DNA from: Sphyrna mokarran
Taxonomy: Eukaryota
Direction: 5' to 3'
DNA: 64,000 nucleotides
Assembly: GCA_024679065.1 (NCBI GenBank)
Contig: JAGIQG010000043.1
Span: 1,550,001 to 1,614,000 of the forward strand
Shown here: positions 34,646 to 47,700 of the stretch, piece after piece
Layout of the letters: each line of letters starts with the position of its first letter
Numbering within the stretch: the stretch's first letter is position 1
Translations under genes and position numbers: made by a program
The notes under the pieces: generated by a model
Told to the model about the DNA's origin: nothing
The model's input: the letters and a program-made list of their open reading frames with translations, nothing else
Database searches by the model: none

Positions 34646-35152
34646 GAACATAGAACATAGAACACTACAGCAACGAACAGGCCCTTCAGCCTTCGACGTT
34701 GTGCCGACCAATATAAAAAGCAATGCCCCTCCAAACTAAACCATTCCCTTCTCTTCCATATACTTATCAACTAACCTCTTAAACGCCACCAAACTTGGCG
34801 CATCTACAACTGCTGCAGGCAGGGCATTCCACTCCCGAACCACCCTTTGGGTAAAGAACCTACCTCTGATATCCGTCCTATAACTATCACCCCTTAATTT
34901 GAAGCTGTGTCCCCTCGTGCTAGCTTTTTCCATCCTAGGAAAAAGGCTATCACTGTCCACCCTATCTAAACCTCTAATCATCTTATAGGTTTCGATTAGG
35001 TCCCCTCTTAGCCGCCTCCTTTCTAACGAAAACAACCTCAAATTCCTCAGCCTCTCTTCATAAGACCTGCCCTCCATACCAGGCAACATCCTGGTAAACC
35101 TCCTCTGTACCCTCTCCAAAGCCTCCACATCTTTCTTATAATGCGGGGACCA
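34646..35152 (-). mobile_element. Nested CR1 3' fragment (same family as 6711-8466 and 50818-55042)
   Basis: Closely matching 3' end ([19 protein letters not shown]) and tail. Confidence 0.88.
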
Positions 35153-36904
35153 GACGGTTTTGTGAAGGGTAGGTCGTGCCTCACAAATTTTATTGAGTTT
35201 TTTGAGGAGGTGACCAAAGAAGTAGATAAGGGTAAGGCAGTTGATGTAGTGTATATGGATTTTAGCAAAGCGTTTGATAAGGTACCCCATGGTAGGCTAC
35301 TGCAGAAAGTGCAGATGCATGGGATTGAAGGTGATTTAGCAGTTTGGATTAGGATTTGGCTAGCTGATAGAAGACAGAGGGTGGTGGTTGATGGAAAATA
35401 TTCAACCTGGAGTGCAGTTACAAGTGGTGTACCTCAAGGATCTGTTTTGGGGCCACTGCTGTTTGTCATTTTTATTCGGCCTAGATGAGGGTGTAGAAGG
35501 TTGGATTACTAAATTTGCTGATGATACCAAAGTGGGGGGAGTTGTAGACAGCAAGGATGTATGTTACAGTTTGCAGAGGGACATAGATAGGTTGCAGAGC
35601 TGGGCCGTGAAGTGGCAAATGGAATTCAATATGGATAAGTGTGAGGTGATTCACTTTAGTAGGAATAACAGGCATATGAAATATAGGGCTAATGGAAGGA
35701 CCCTTAATAGTGTTGTCGAGCAGAGGGATCTTGGGGTACAAGTACATAGCTCTTTGAAAGTTGGCACCTAGGTTGATAAAGTTGGTAAGAAGGCGTACGG
35801 TGTGTTAGCTTTTATAGGTAGAGGGATTGAATTTAGGAGCCGTGGGGTTATGTTACAACTGTACAAAACTGTGGTGCAGCTGCACATGGAGTATTGCGTA
35901 CAGCTCTGGTCGCCGCATTATAAAAAAGATGTGGAAGCATTGGAAAGGGTGCAGAGGAGGTTTACCAGGATGTTGCCTCGTATGGTGGGAAGGCCTTATG
36001 AGGAAAGGCTGACAGACCTGAGGTTATTTTCATTAGAGAGAAGAAGGTTACGCGGTGACCTAATTGAGGCGTATAAGATGATCAAAGGATTGGATAGGGT
36101 GGATAGTGAGAGTCTTTTTCCTTGGATGGTGATGACCAACACGAGGGGACATAACTTTAAATTAAGAGGTGGTAGTTATAGGACGGATGTCAGAAGCAGG
36201 TTCTTTACACAGAAGGTGGTGAGGGCGTGGAGTGCCCTGCCTGCAGCAGTTGTGGACTCGCCTACTTTGGGGGCGTTCAAATGGTCGGTGGATAGGCATA
36301 TGGATGATATTGGAATAGTTTAGGTTAGAGGGTCCACTGGCCGGCGCAACATCGAGGGCCGAAGGGCCTGTACTGCGCTGTAATGTTCTATGTTCTATGT
36401 TCTACGTCCGTGGAGTCCTAAATCAGGTTTGAGGATAAAGAGTAAACCTTTCAGATCTGAGATTAGAAGAAATTTCTTCGCCCAGAGAGTGATGACTGTA
36501 TGGAATTCGCTTCCACAGAAAATAATTGAAGCAAAAACATCGTTTGACTTCCAGAAGAAATTAAATCTGGCCCTTGTTGGTAAAGGGATGAAAAGGGTGG
36601 CTGGAACAAGATACTGAATTTGGTAATCAAGTCTAATCAAAATGAATTGTTGAGAGGCTCAAGGAGTCGGAAGGCCTGCTTCTGCTTCTATTTTCTATGC
36701 GTCCATGTAGTCATGTTAATGATCCCCTTTCGAATCGTGTATTATGCGTAGAGAGGAGCAGAATACACTGTCCTCCATTAGTCTGAATGCCTACGTTCAC
36801 TTCGCAAATAATAACAGAAAGATAGATTGTTTCTTAAACAAAATATTGGCAATTTAAATGTACAAAGGAAGTCGGTGCCGTGGACAATGCTCATTGAGTA
36901 ATGT

Positions 36905-39900
36905 AGGGGGCGGGGCTAATAGGGGCGCCCAGCCTCATCTGGCCACAGTCGTGGCGTGGCCAATGAATGAGGGATCAATGGGAGGGGGGGCTAATGGGAG
37001 AGTGGCTAATTGGGAGGGTCTAATGGCGGAGATCAAACAAGGGAATGGTTAATGGGGAGTGGACAATGATGATGGGAATGATGGGGGAAAGGCTAATGGA
37101 GAAGTGCTAATGGGGGACGGGCTAACGGGGGAACTGAGCCCCCTTCCACTCTGCAGCTAGCGGGCGAGAGATGAAGAGAGAGGGGTCTCATTATCACTCC
37201 GCAGGGAACTCTGGGCGGATGGTGATGTGTCCATGATCGGTAGGGGGAGTGCAGCATGTCCGCAATCCCCGAGTGGAGGGCGGCCAGTCCGCGACCGGAC
37301 TGTTTGGTGAGCAGATTTTGGCGAACTTGCATCTCCAACCATTGGGCCACCGCGACTGCAGGTGATAGCGTGGACGAGAGCAGGCTTAGGCAAATTGTGC
37401 TACTGGTTTTCCAGTGGCATTCACACCTCCAAAGGTGTTCATGACAATGGCAGGGATTAAGGGAAGACGCGTCACCTGTGTACGGTGTCACATGTGGGAG
37501 TTCCTGGAGGCAAGACCTCTCCCAAAAGTCCACGTAGCGTGAAGTGTTTGGAGCTGCAGCGTCTGAGGGCTTGGGTCAAGCAACTGGAGCAGCAGTTGGA
37601 AGACGCATTTTTAGTCAGGGAGAACGAGGGAATCATGGAAGGGAGGAAAAGTAAGGTGGCGAACTCGAAGCCTAAGGCGGTGGAACCTGACCCTTACAGG
37701 TGGATTACTGGAAGGAAGGGCCGAAAGGGGAGGGGAGACCGTCCAAAGACTCGCCAGTGGCATTCCCCCAAAATATCGAAGGCGAACGGTTAAAAAAGGC
37801 AAGGCAGGAGGACCTCAAAGTTGAGGAAAGGGGCTAGTGGTGGGGGATGGGAGGGTTACAGGAATAGATAGACGCCTCTTTGGTCCAAGGCGGGACTCCA
37901 GGATGGTAGTTTGCCTCCCTGGAGCAGTGGTGCAAGATGTGTCTGACGGGGTAGAGGTCATTTTGACGGGTGAGGGGACCCAGGCAGATGTGATTATTCA
38001 TGTAGGAGAGAAGAATGTAGGAAGGTAGAACATAGAGGATATACAAAGGCAGTTGAGGGAGTTGTGAGGTAGGGTGAAGAGCAGGGCCTCCAGGGTGGCG
38101 ATCTCAGGGCTGCTACCAGGGCCGGGTAATAGCGGAGCCAAGAGAAATGATATCCTGCAGCTGAATGCGTGGCTAAAGGACTGGTGTAGGACAGAGGGTT
38201 TCATATTTGTAGATAACTGGGACGTCTTTGTGAAAAAAGGGCACCTGTATAGAAGGGCCGGGGAACACTTATTTGGGAAGGGCGTCAATATCTTAGCTGG
38301 GAGGATAGCTGGAGTGTTTCGGCAGAATTTACACTAATATGGAGGGAGAGTGGGGGTGGGGGCTGAGACAGATAGCTCGATAGAGAGCTTGATGGGAAAT
38401 AGACTAAGCCTCGAAGAGAAGAAATACACCAGGGAGAAGGAGATTAGGAATGGGCTTGGAAGTCTGGAGTGTTTCAATGCGAGAACCGTAACAGGAAAAA
38501 CGAATGAACTTCGGGCCGTAATGTTTGCGCGGAACCCAGGTGTGGTTGCGGTGGCAGAGACGCGGTTAAAGGAAGGGGAGCAGTGCCAACTGAATATTCG
38601 TGGGTATAAGTGTTTCAGGCGTGACAGAGGAGGGTCCAGAAGAGGTGGGGGAATGGCGTTGTTAGTTAGGGAGAGCATCACGGCAGTGCAGAGGGAGGGC
38701 AATACAGAGAGGTTAGGAGTGGATTCGCTGTGGGTGGAGTTGAGGAATAGAAAGGGGGCGATTACTATGCTAGGGATGTATTATAGGCCAGCCAACAGCC
38801 CGCGGATTTTTGAAGAAGGCATACGTAAAGACGTTTTGGATAGGTGCAGAAAGAACAGAGTTGTAATATTAGGAGATTTTAATCTCCTTAGGGTGGATTG
38901 GAAGGTACCTAGAATCCGGGGTTTGGACGGGCAGAAATTTGTAAAATGTATACTGGAAGGATCGTTGGAGCAGTATGTGGCTAGCCTGACTAGAGAAGGG
39001 GCTTTATTGGATTTAGTTCTGAGTAATGAACAGGGCAGGTGTTAGATGTTGTAGTGGGGGAACATATGGCTAACAGTGAACACAATTCTGTCTACTTTAG
39101 GATACAGATTGAAAGAATGCTTGTTGCCCTGGAGGCAGGGTGCTGAATGGGGGGAAGGCTAACTACGGTCAGATGAGGCAGGAACTTTCGGAAACTGATT
39201 GGGAACAGTTGTTCGAGGATAAGTCCATGCTAGGCATGTGGGACTCTTTCAAGGGAATACTGAAAATGTTGCAAGATAGATATGTGCCAGCTAAGAGGAA
39301 GGATGGGAAAGGTAGGATTAGAGAGCCGTAAATTACTAGGGATATTGAGGACTTGGTTAGGAAGAAAAGAGAGGTGTGTGATAGGTCAAAGCAGCTGGGA
39401 ACGGAGACAGCGTTGGAGGAATATAGAGAGAGTAGGAGGAAGTTCAAAGGGGAGTTAGAAGGGCAAAAGGGGGCATGAAATGATTTTGGCAGACAGGATT
39501 AAGGAAAATCCAAAGACTTTTCACCCCTATGTTAGGAATAAAAGTGTGTTTTGAGGAAAAATCGGACCTCTTAGGGACAGTGGAGGGGAACAGTGCTTAG
39601 ACCCTGAGGGAATAGCGGAGATCCTGAATGAATACTTTGCGTCGGTATTCACGAAGGAGAGGGGCTTGTTGACAGCTCATGTCTCTGCGGGAGCTGTAGA
39701 CCAGTTGAGGGAAATATCCATACCGAGGGAGGTATTAAAAGGTAGCATACCTAGGTAGCATTAAAACTGAATAATCTCCGGGGCCTGATGGCATTTATCC
39801 AAGGTTGCTTAAGGAGGTGAGAGGTGAAATTGCTGGGCCTCTGATGCAAATCTTTGTCTCTTCATTGGACAGAGATGAGGTCCCAGAGGACTGGAGAATA

Positions 39901-41757
39901 GGTAATGTTGTGCCATTGTTTAAAAAGAGTAGTAGGGATAACCCTGGAAATTACTGGCCGGTGAGTTTGACGTCAGTGATAGGAAAGCTGTTGGAGGTAC
40001 TCATAGAGATAGGAAGTATAGGCACTTAGAGTGTTGCGCTCTGATTAGAGATACGCAGCATGGCTTTGTTAAGGGGAGATGCTTACGAATCTGGTGGAAT
40101 TTTTTGATGAGGTGACAAAAATGGTTGACGAAGGGCGAGCCGTTGATGTCGTCTATATGGATTTCAGTAAGGCGTTTGACAAAGTCTCTCATGGGAGGTT
40201 AGTTGAGAAGGTCAAGGTTCATGGGATACAAGGACAGGTAGCTGGATGCATAAGTAACTGGCATACTAATAGGAGACGGAGAGTAATAGTGGAAGGGTGT
40301 TTTTCTACCTGGAATTTGGTGACTAGTAGTGTATCGCAGGGCTCGGTACTGGGACGTCTTCTATTTGTAATATATATAAATGACTTGGAACAGGGACTAA
40401 ATGGAATGATCGGCAAGTTTGCAGACGATACAAAGGTGGCTGGACTTGCAGATAGTGAAGATCATTTTAAGGCGATGCAGCAAGACATAGATAGGCTGGT
40501 AGTTTGGGCAGATAGATGGCAGATGGAATTCAATCCTGATCAATGTGAGGTGATGCATTTTTGGAGAAAGAACGTAGGGGGAAGTTATATGATAAAGGGT
40601 AGAACTATTAAGAGTATAGAACGGCAGAGCGAGCTGGGGTGGGGTGGGGCAGGTGCACAAGTCTCTGAAGGTTGCAGAGCAGGTGGAAAAGGTTGTGAAG
40701 AAAGCGGATGGTATGCTAGCCTTTATACTAACGGACATAGAGTACAAAAGCTGGCCTTTAATGTTGCAATTGTATAAAACGTTAGGTAGACCTCAATGGA
40801 ATACTGTCTAACTACGGGACGGACGTGGAGACTCTGGAGAGAGTGCAGAGGAGGATTACCAGGATGTTGCCTGGTATGGAAGGTCTGAGTTACGAGGAGA
40901 GGTGAGGCAAATTGGGACTGTTTTACTCAGAAAGACGTAGACTCAGAGGAGATTTAACAGATTCTGAGGGGTATAGATGGAGTAAACAAGGTTAAGCTTT
41001 TTCCTAAGTTGGACTCGAATAGCACGAAGAGCCACGGGCTTAGACTGAGGTGGGTAAGGTATATTTTGGGTGCTAGAGAGAGTTTTTGCACACAGAGGGT
41101 GGTGGGGGTATGGAATGCGCTGCCAAGTAAAGTGGTGGAGGCAGGCACTCTGGAATTATTTAAGAAATACTTAGATGGGCACATGAACAGAATGGGAATG
41201 GAGGGGGATAGAAAACTGATTAAAATAGGGATCATAAGCCTTGGGAGTTCCTGGGAAGTGTGTAAGTAGATGATGATATTGATGTACTTGTGTTTATCCG
41301 ACAGGTGCTTTGGACCACCTTGTTGTCTAACAAAGAGCATACACATGATGGGTCGTGAGAAGGCTGCTCTTGGATTTTTTTCGGAAGTATCCTAGTGTTT
41401 CACGTCGTTAGCGTACGCTTGACGTGGACCATTTGGTGGGCAATACGACAGCTCAGTGACTATCGTTGTGCTGTGCAGATACATGGATTTGGGCATGTAT
41501 CTGTGGGAGTTTGCGCATTCTCTCCGTGCTTGCGTGGGTTTTCTCCGGGTGCTCCGGTTTCCTCCCACATCCCAAAGATGTGTTCTTAGGCTAATTGGGA
41601 AATCAAATTCTCCCTAAATTGTCTGAAATTTGTTTTTCAATCCATAGATTAATAAACATAGACAGGAATCACGGGTTGAGGTGGAAACATCGGGATGGCG
41701 GCACGGGCTCGTGGGCCGCAGGGTCGGTTTCGTCCTGTTTTGTTACTTTGTTCTTTA
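36905..41757 (+). mobile_element. Degenerate near-full-length CR1 of a second family, with SINE-containing 3' UTR
   Basis: ORF1 from about 37441 (CVRCHMWE, leucine zipper, esterase remnant); ORF2 APE+RT fragments 38350-41230; extended 3' UTR 41215-41757. 5' boundary approximate. Confidence 0.82.
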
Positions 41758-44700
41758 TATCGGGCGCGTTAAGCTCCGCCCACGGGTTTCTGCAGTGAGC
41801 TTGCAGATGTCTTTGCAGGCAAAATGCGTCAGGGGGGGCTGAAAATACGCCCAAAATTCGGATCTGAAATTCTCCCGGTTTCAAGTCCGCTCATCACTTA
41901 GGTTAAAAAAAAAAGTAAAATCGTCTCAACGGTGTTCATATTTATTAGATTTCTACAGACTAATGGCAGCAAGGAAAATTGTGATCCTTTGGGGAATTGC
42001 GGATCAGGTTGGGAATCATTTATGATCTATCAGAATGTCAGGGCCATCCCGGCAGGTTGAAGTTTCGCTTCCGTTTCTGGGTCCCGATGTCCTACTTTCC
42101 CGTGTCATTTCTGGAGCAATACTTTCCTACCCCCCAACCTTCCCCACACCCCTCATCCCCCCATGGCTTTTCCCAAAGCCCTGCATTTACAGAAGCACCC
42201 ATTCTAATTTGAGCGCCTCTGTTCAATCGGTACCCATCATATACTCAGACAGAGCAATCCGGGTCTTAACTATTGTCTATGTGAAATGAAATGAAATTTT
42301 ATGTAATGATGTTGTTGCTGTTTTAGGCAAATCACCTTCAATCGGTACCTTAGAATTTTCGTTGTATTTTTTCCCAAGACAAGTTGTTCGTTTTGTGGTG
42401 TACCATAAATGGCACACAGAGATCCAGAAAGGTTCTCAATTCGAAGCTGAAAAAAAAATAACCCGCACCCTTCCGTTTAATATGGAATGCAGTCATAATC
42501 GAGTAATATTCAACAGTCCCTCGTGCGGTATTTGAAAGAAGGCACATCAATTTATTTCACAATCCTATGTAAGTCGCAGTTTCTGGATTATACTGCTTTG
42601 CCCAGACGATTGCTGTTCAGAAAATTGCCAGAAGTGATTAATCCCTAGATAGGTTCCTATCGTTTTATTAATTCGTGGGACATGAATGTTGCTAATTGCA
42701 GCTAAAGCACCTTCGAGATTTCATTCCTTGAGGGAGAAGGAATTAAACATTTCTTTAACATTGTTAAATTTACAAAGGTTGTTGCAGTTTCTCGCCCAGC
42801 CCACACTGTGCCGCTCTACCGCGATGCCCCCCTCCCCCCCCCAATTGTAACACTAAATGAGTAACTCATTCTAATCCTACTTCTACCTATGACTTTTGTA
42901 TGCATCTCATGGACTCCACGATAAAGCGGTGCAAATTTAGGGAATTATATATGTACCGGATTAAGGGAGATCCAATTCAGGGACAATTTATTGACACCAA
43001 TCAGCCTTGTTTTTGGGGCGTGGGAGGAAACCGGAGCCCCGGAGAAAACCCACGCCAGCACGGCAAGAGGAGATCCGAGCCAGGTCCCTGTAACAGCACA
43101 GCAAACAGTGATAGTCACTGGAATATCGTGTTGCCGGTTAATTGGTCCAATTTAAACGTACACGAACAACGTGAAACAGTAGGCAACTCTCAAAGCAACA
43201 TTTAAGAGCAGCCCTGTCACGACCCATCGCGTGTCTGCCCCTTGTTAGACAAGAAGGTGGACCAAAGCACCTGTAGGATAAAAACAAGTACATCGATATC
43301 ATCGTTTATTTACACACTTCCCAGGGACTCCCAAGGCTCATGACAAACAGCAGTGGCCCCAAAATAGATCCTTGAGGTACACCAATTGTAACTGAACTCC
43401 AGGTTGAATATTTCCTGTCAACCACCACCCTCTGTCTTCTATCAACAAGCCACTTCCTGATCCAAACTGCTAAATAACCGTCAATCCTATGCATCTACAT
43501 TTTCTGAAGTAGCTTACCATTGGGAACCTTAACAAATGCTTTACAGGAGTGAATTTCAGGAGTGACAGAGAACATAAATCCAAATTCAGCTCTGATTCCG
43601 TAACATTTCACTCGTTTTTTTTTACGCTAAAACGAACGGTTGATATTCAGCACAAACCAAAATCCACTGTGTAAAATTTGAAAAGAAACTCTTACAAACT
43701 CCAATGCAAATTTCTATAAACATAGTCAGGTATCATGGGTGGAAGTGGGAACGTCGGGCTTGTTGAGGCGAAGGGCCCTTTCCCGTGCTGTGTTGTTCTT
43801 TGTTCTTTGTTTGTTGTTCCATTCTACAACGCCTGTGTCTGTTTCTTGCTGCACTCCAATTCTATAAGTTCTCATGCCTCTCACTTTTACAGTAGTGACG
43901 CAAATCTGTATCTTGGACTGCTATTACTGGCGCAATATAAAACACTATACAATAAAGATTTCATTTAATTATAAGTTTATTTTTGATCAATACAAAACAT
44001 CCTTCGGAAAGATAGACACACTAATTGATATTGACACGTCGACAATTGCAAAGGAACAACATTCCGCTGAATAACTGAAGCCAGGCAATCAGGAGAATAT
44101 TTTCAGGAAAATCCAGCAGTCTCTCAACTTTTCTCAATGGTTCTTCCCCAGTTGAAGGATCTAGATCCAGTAATATCCGAATATCATTCATAGGTAAGAC
44201 TGGAGTCAATTTTAAAGGGAATTTCCTTGGCGTTCAATTAGGTTGTGGGGTTTTCGGGAATTCCTGCCTCCTCTATAATTCACGACTTTTTTTTTTTCAT
44301 TTTCAACTCTTCATTTTCGATCTCTTTTCCAAAGCGGCCAAATCAAGGGTGGCATCGAGTGGTCCACTCTGGAATATTCACAAATTATAGAATCATCATT
44401 GAGAGTAACATAGTCCTTACAGTGCAGAAGGAGGTCTTTGTCCAATGGATTTTTAAGATAAACCCAAACTTCGAACATATTATAGAAAATCATAGGATGA
44501 CACAACTTTGACAGAGATTATATGCCTAAGTGAATCCATTTTGGATATTTGAATGAGCTATCCAATTATTTTGTTCGTTCGTATGGACATGGACCAAAAT
44601 TTATTGCCCACCCCGAATTGTTCTTGTTTAGAGGGTAATTGGGAACCAACCATGTTGTTATGGCTCTGGAGTCACAAGGAGACCATATAAGGTAAGGATG

Positions 44701-47700
44701 GCAAATTTGGTTCCCCAAAGGACATTATTGAAACAGACGGGTTGCTCCACTCAATCGACAATAGTTTCATGGTCATCGCTAGATTCTTAATTCTAGATTA
44801 TTGTTCGTTGATTTGAAACTCATCTGTCTTTCGTGATTCGAACCTTGGTAGCCCGAACATTCACTGCGCTTCGAGATAAATAGTCGAGCGATAAGATCAC
44901 TAGGTCATCACATCCCATTTAGACAAGCTTGATTTTAGATTTCCCCACAATGCTCAGCTACGTTCCTTTCAACAAATTGTATTATCCGACTCCCTTTCAA
45001 AAGTAACTATTCAATATACTTCCATTTGCCTCCATCTCAGTTGGAGAATTGATGGCTTAATGCGTCGTGGAAATGTTATTCGGTCGCCTCCAGGCCTATG
45101 AGATACAGAAGCAAAAGTCGGCCATTCAATTATCATGTCCGCTCTGCCATATAATGACCTCATCACTGTTTCCATATGAAAATTGACAACTCCACCTTCC
45201 TGCTCTCTTCCCAGAATCCTTGATTATCTTACATTAAGAATCTGACTATCTCAGTCTTGGAAGTGCTTAACGACCCAGCCCCAACAGGCTGAAATTGACC
45301 AAAATAATGTGATGACCGAGAAGCAGCATTTGGAAAGCGATTTAACATAGGCATCACTAACCTTTATTCAAAACATGGTGCAATTTGTCTCACAATTCGA
45401 TTAATGTTAAACAGCCAATCTGATTACCATGTTTCTCCGTGTGTTATGTTCAAGATTCCCTCAGCAGCATCTCAACATCTATCCTTATCAAGTCCGCTCA
45501 GAACCATAGAATCCAAACAGCGCAGAATTAGACCATACCGCCCACTCATACTGCACCACCTCCATGTCACAGTATCTTAAGCAGGTCGTCTCCACCACCC
45601 AACACCGTAACCACACACAATTTCCATGATTACTCCGTCTAACGTACACATTTTGGGCCAAAAAGACACAATTCAGTATGACCAATCCATCTAACCTGCA
45701 CATCTCTGGACTGTGGAAGGAAACCAGAGCACTTGGAGAACACAAACGCAGACACGGGGCTAATGTGTTATTCATAAATAAACATTATCTTTCTGTGAAT
45801 ATTTTGTGCTGCCGCTGTCATAATACAGCTCATTAACTGAAGCATCAAAATGTGACTCAAATCCCACTCGTCCGCATCCTGGGATCAGCAAATATCCCTG
45901 GGCATCTCTTCCAACGGGTCCTACAGGAATAACACACACAGATACACGGGCAGAGAAACACATAAACATTCGCTTCCTCACACCGACTGCCTTGGCACCA
46001 ATGAACCACAGGACAGGTGGGACATATAAAGAGGACATTCCCTCGTTATGCAGAGATACAAAGACAGAGAATTTCACACATACGCACAGGCACGTGAAGT
46101 CGCCTTCGTTGTACATTCACATCTCTGAACATCTTTTAATTCCCCAGCAAAACAACTACATGTTTGGACATCATAATTCCAGCAATGAATTCATTACCAA
46201 GTGTTTACAGAATTGAGCAAACGTGGAGTTGAGTGAGGGAGGACTGGATTGCCAGTGGAGATAAAGAATTTGAAAAAGAAATACCAGAAATCGGACAATG
46301 TGCAATGCAAACTGCTGAAATCCGCGGAAAAGTCTGACTGAGATATTATAATGGCAGCATCACTGTAGCATCAGTTTGAAGAGGTTCCCGGCGATATTTG
46401 CTGATCCCAGGACGTGGACGAGTGGGATTTGAGTTACATTTTCATGCTTTATGTCAGTGGCACAAAATATCCAACGAAAGTTTAATGTTTATTTATGAAT
46501 CACACTTCGGATTACATTAACACTGCAATTAAGTGATTGTGAAAATCCCTCAGTCATCATATCCGGCACCTGTTCTGGTACACTGAGAGAAAATATAGCA
46601 TAGCCAATGCATCCAATCATCACGAATTCGGGACTGTGGGCGGAAACTAGAGCACACGAAAACAAAACATGCATCTCCGGGGGGAACATGCAAAGTCCAC
46701 ACAAACGGTGACAAGCCAGGAATTTAACCCGGGTCCCTCGTGCTGTGAGAGATCAATGCTAACCACTTTGTAACCGTGCCACGCTGGCACGGGACGCTTT
46801 GGGATCTCCCAAGCAAAGAACGCCTTGCATTTCATTCAGAAAACCAGCAATGTTTTGCATAATACCAAAATATTTGTAAAGTACTTACTTGTACCGCACC
46901 GTCTTGTGTTATCTTTTCATGTGTTTGGCGATGGCGACCTGTGTAACAGAGTGGAAAATGTCAATTTAAATTACTTCTTGTTCCCGCTCTAATGAAGTCC
47001 TAATTAATTTGAGATACAATGATACCTCTCAATGCCACTTTGTACCTATGATCCCAATAATTTCATAGAATCATAGAACTCTACAGTGCAGAAAGAGGCT
47101 CTTCTGCCCATCGAGTCTCCATTGAATACTATCTCAAACAGGCCCTAGTCCTATATCCTTACATATTAAACCCACTAATCCCTCTAACCTACGCATCCCT
47201 GGACACTAAGGGACAATTTCTTAGCATGCCCAATCAGTCTAATCCGCACGTCTTTCCACTGGGAGGAAAGTGCAGAACTCGGAGGAAACCCACGCAGACA
47301 CGAGGAGAATGTGGAAAAAAAATCCACACGGAAAGTGACTCAAGCCGGGAATGAATTTGATAAACACTGTGATACCGTGTCGCCTCAAAGTTAATTGGCC
47401 CCACAGTGTGTCAATCCAAAGAAAACTCCCACAAGTACAGCACTTTCCTAGTACATAAAGGGTTCCCAATACGTCTAACTTCCAAATAATATTTCAATGG
47501 ATCGCAAATCACCAATGGATGGACAAGGGATATTTACATGACATGATGTTTATGCCAGTCTAGTACTTCGCTGACAGAAATGCTAGCCAATAATTATATT
47601 TTTTATTTATGGGACCAACAGATAGATTAATTGCAGATTTTTTCCTACAGCGGGAAGTTCACGTAACACTCAACTAATTTATTCTGCTCTAGCACCGCTT

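Larger units (their letters stand above)
30128..36403 (+). mobile_element. Originally full-length CR1 LINE (duplicated 5' UTR, disrupted ORF1 and ORF2) carrying three nested CR1 insertions
   Basis: ORF1 pieces 30628-31550 (CxxC..CxxC, GDS esterase). ORF2 endonuclease/RT pieces 33034-36323. Inserts at about 31590-32733 (+), 32768-33033 (+) and 34646-35152 (-). Confidence 0.88.
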
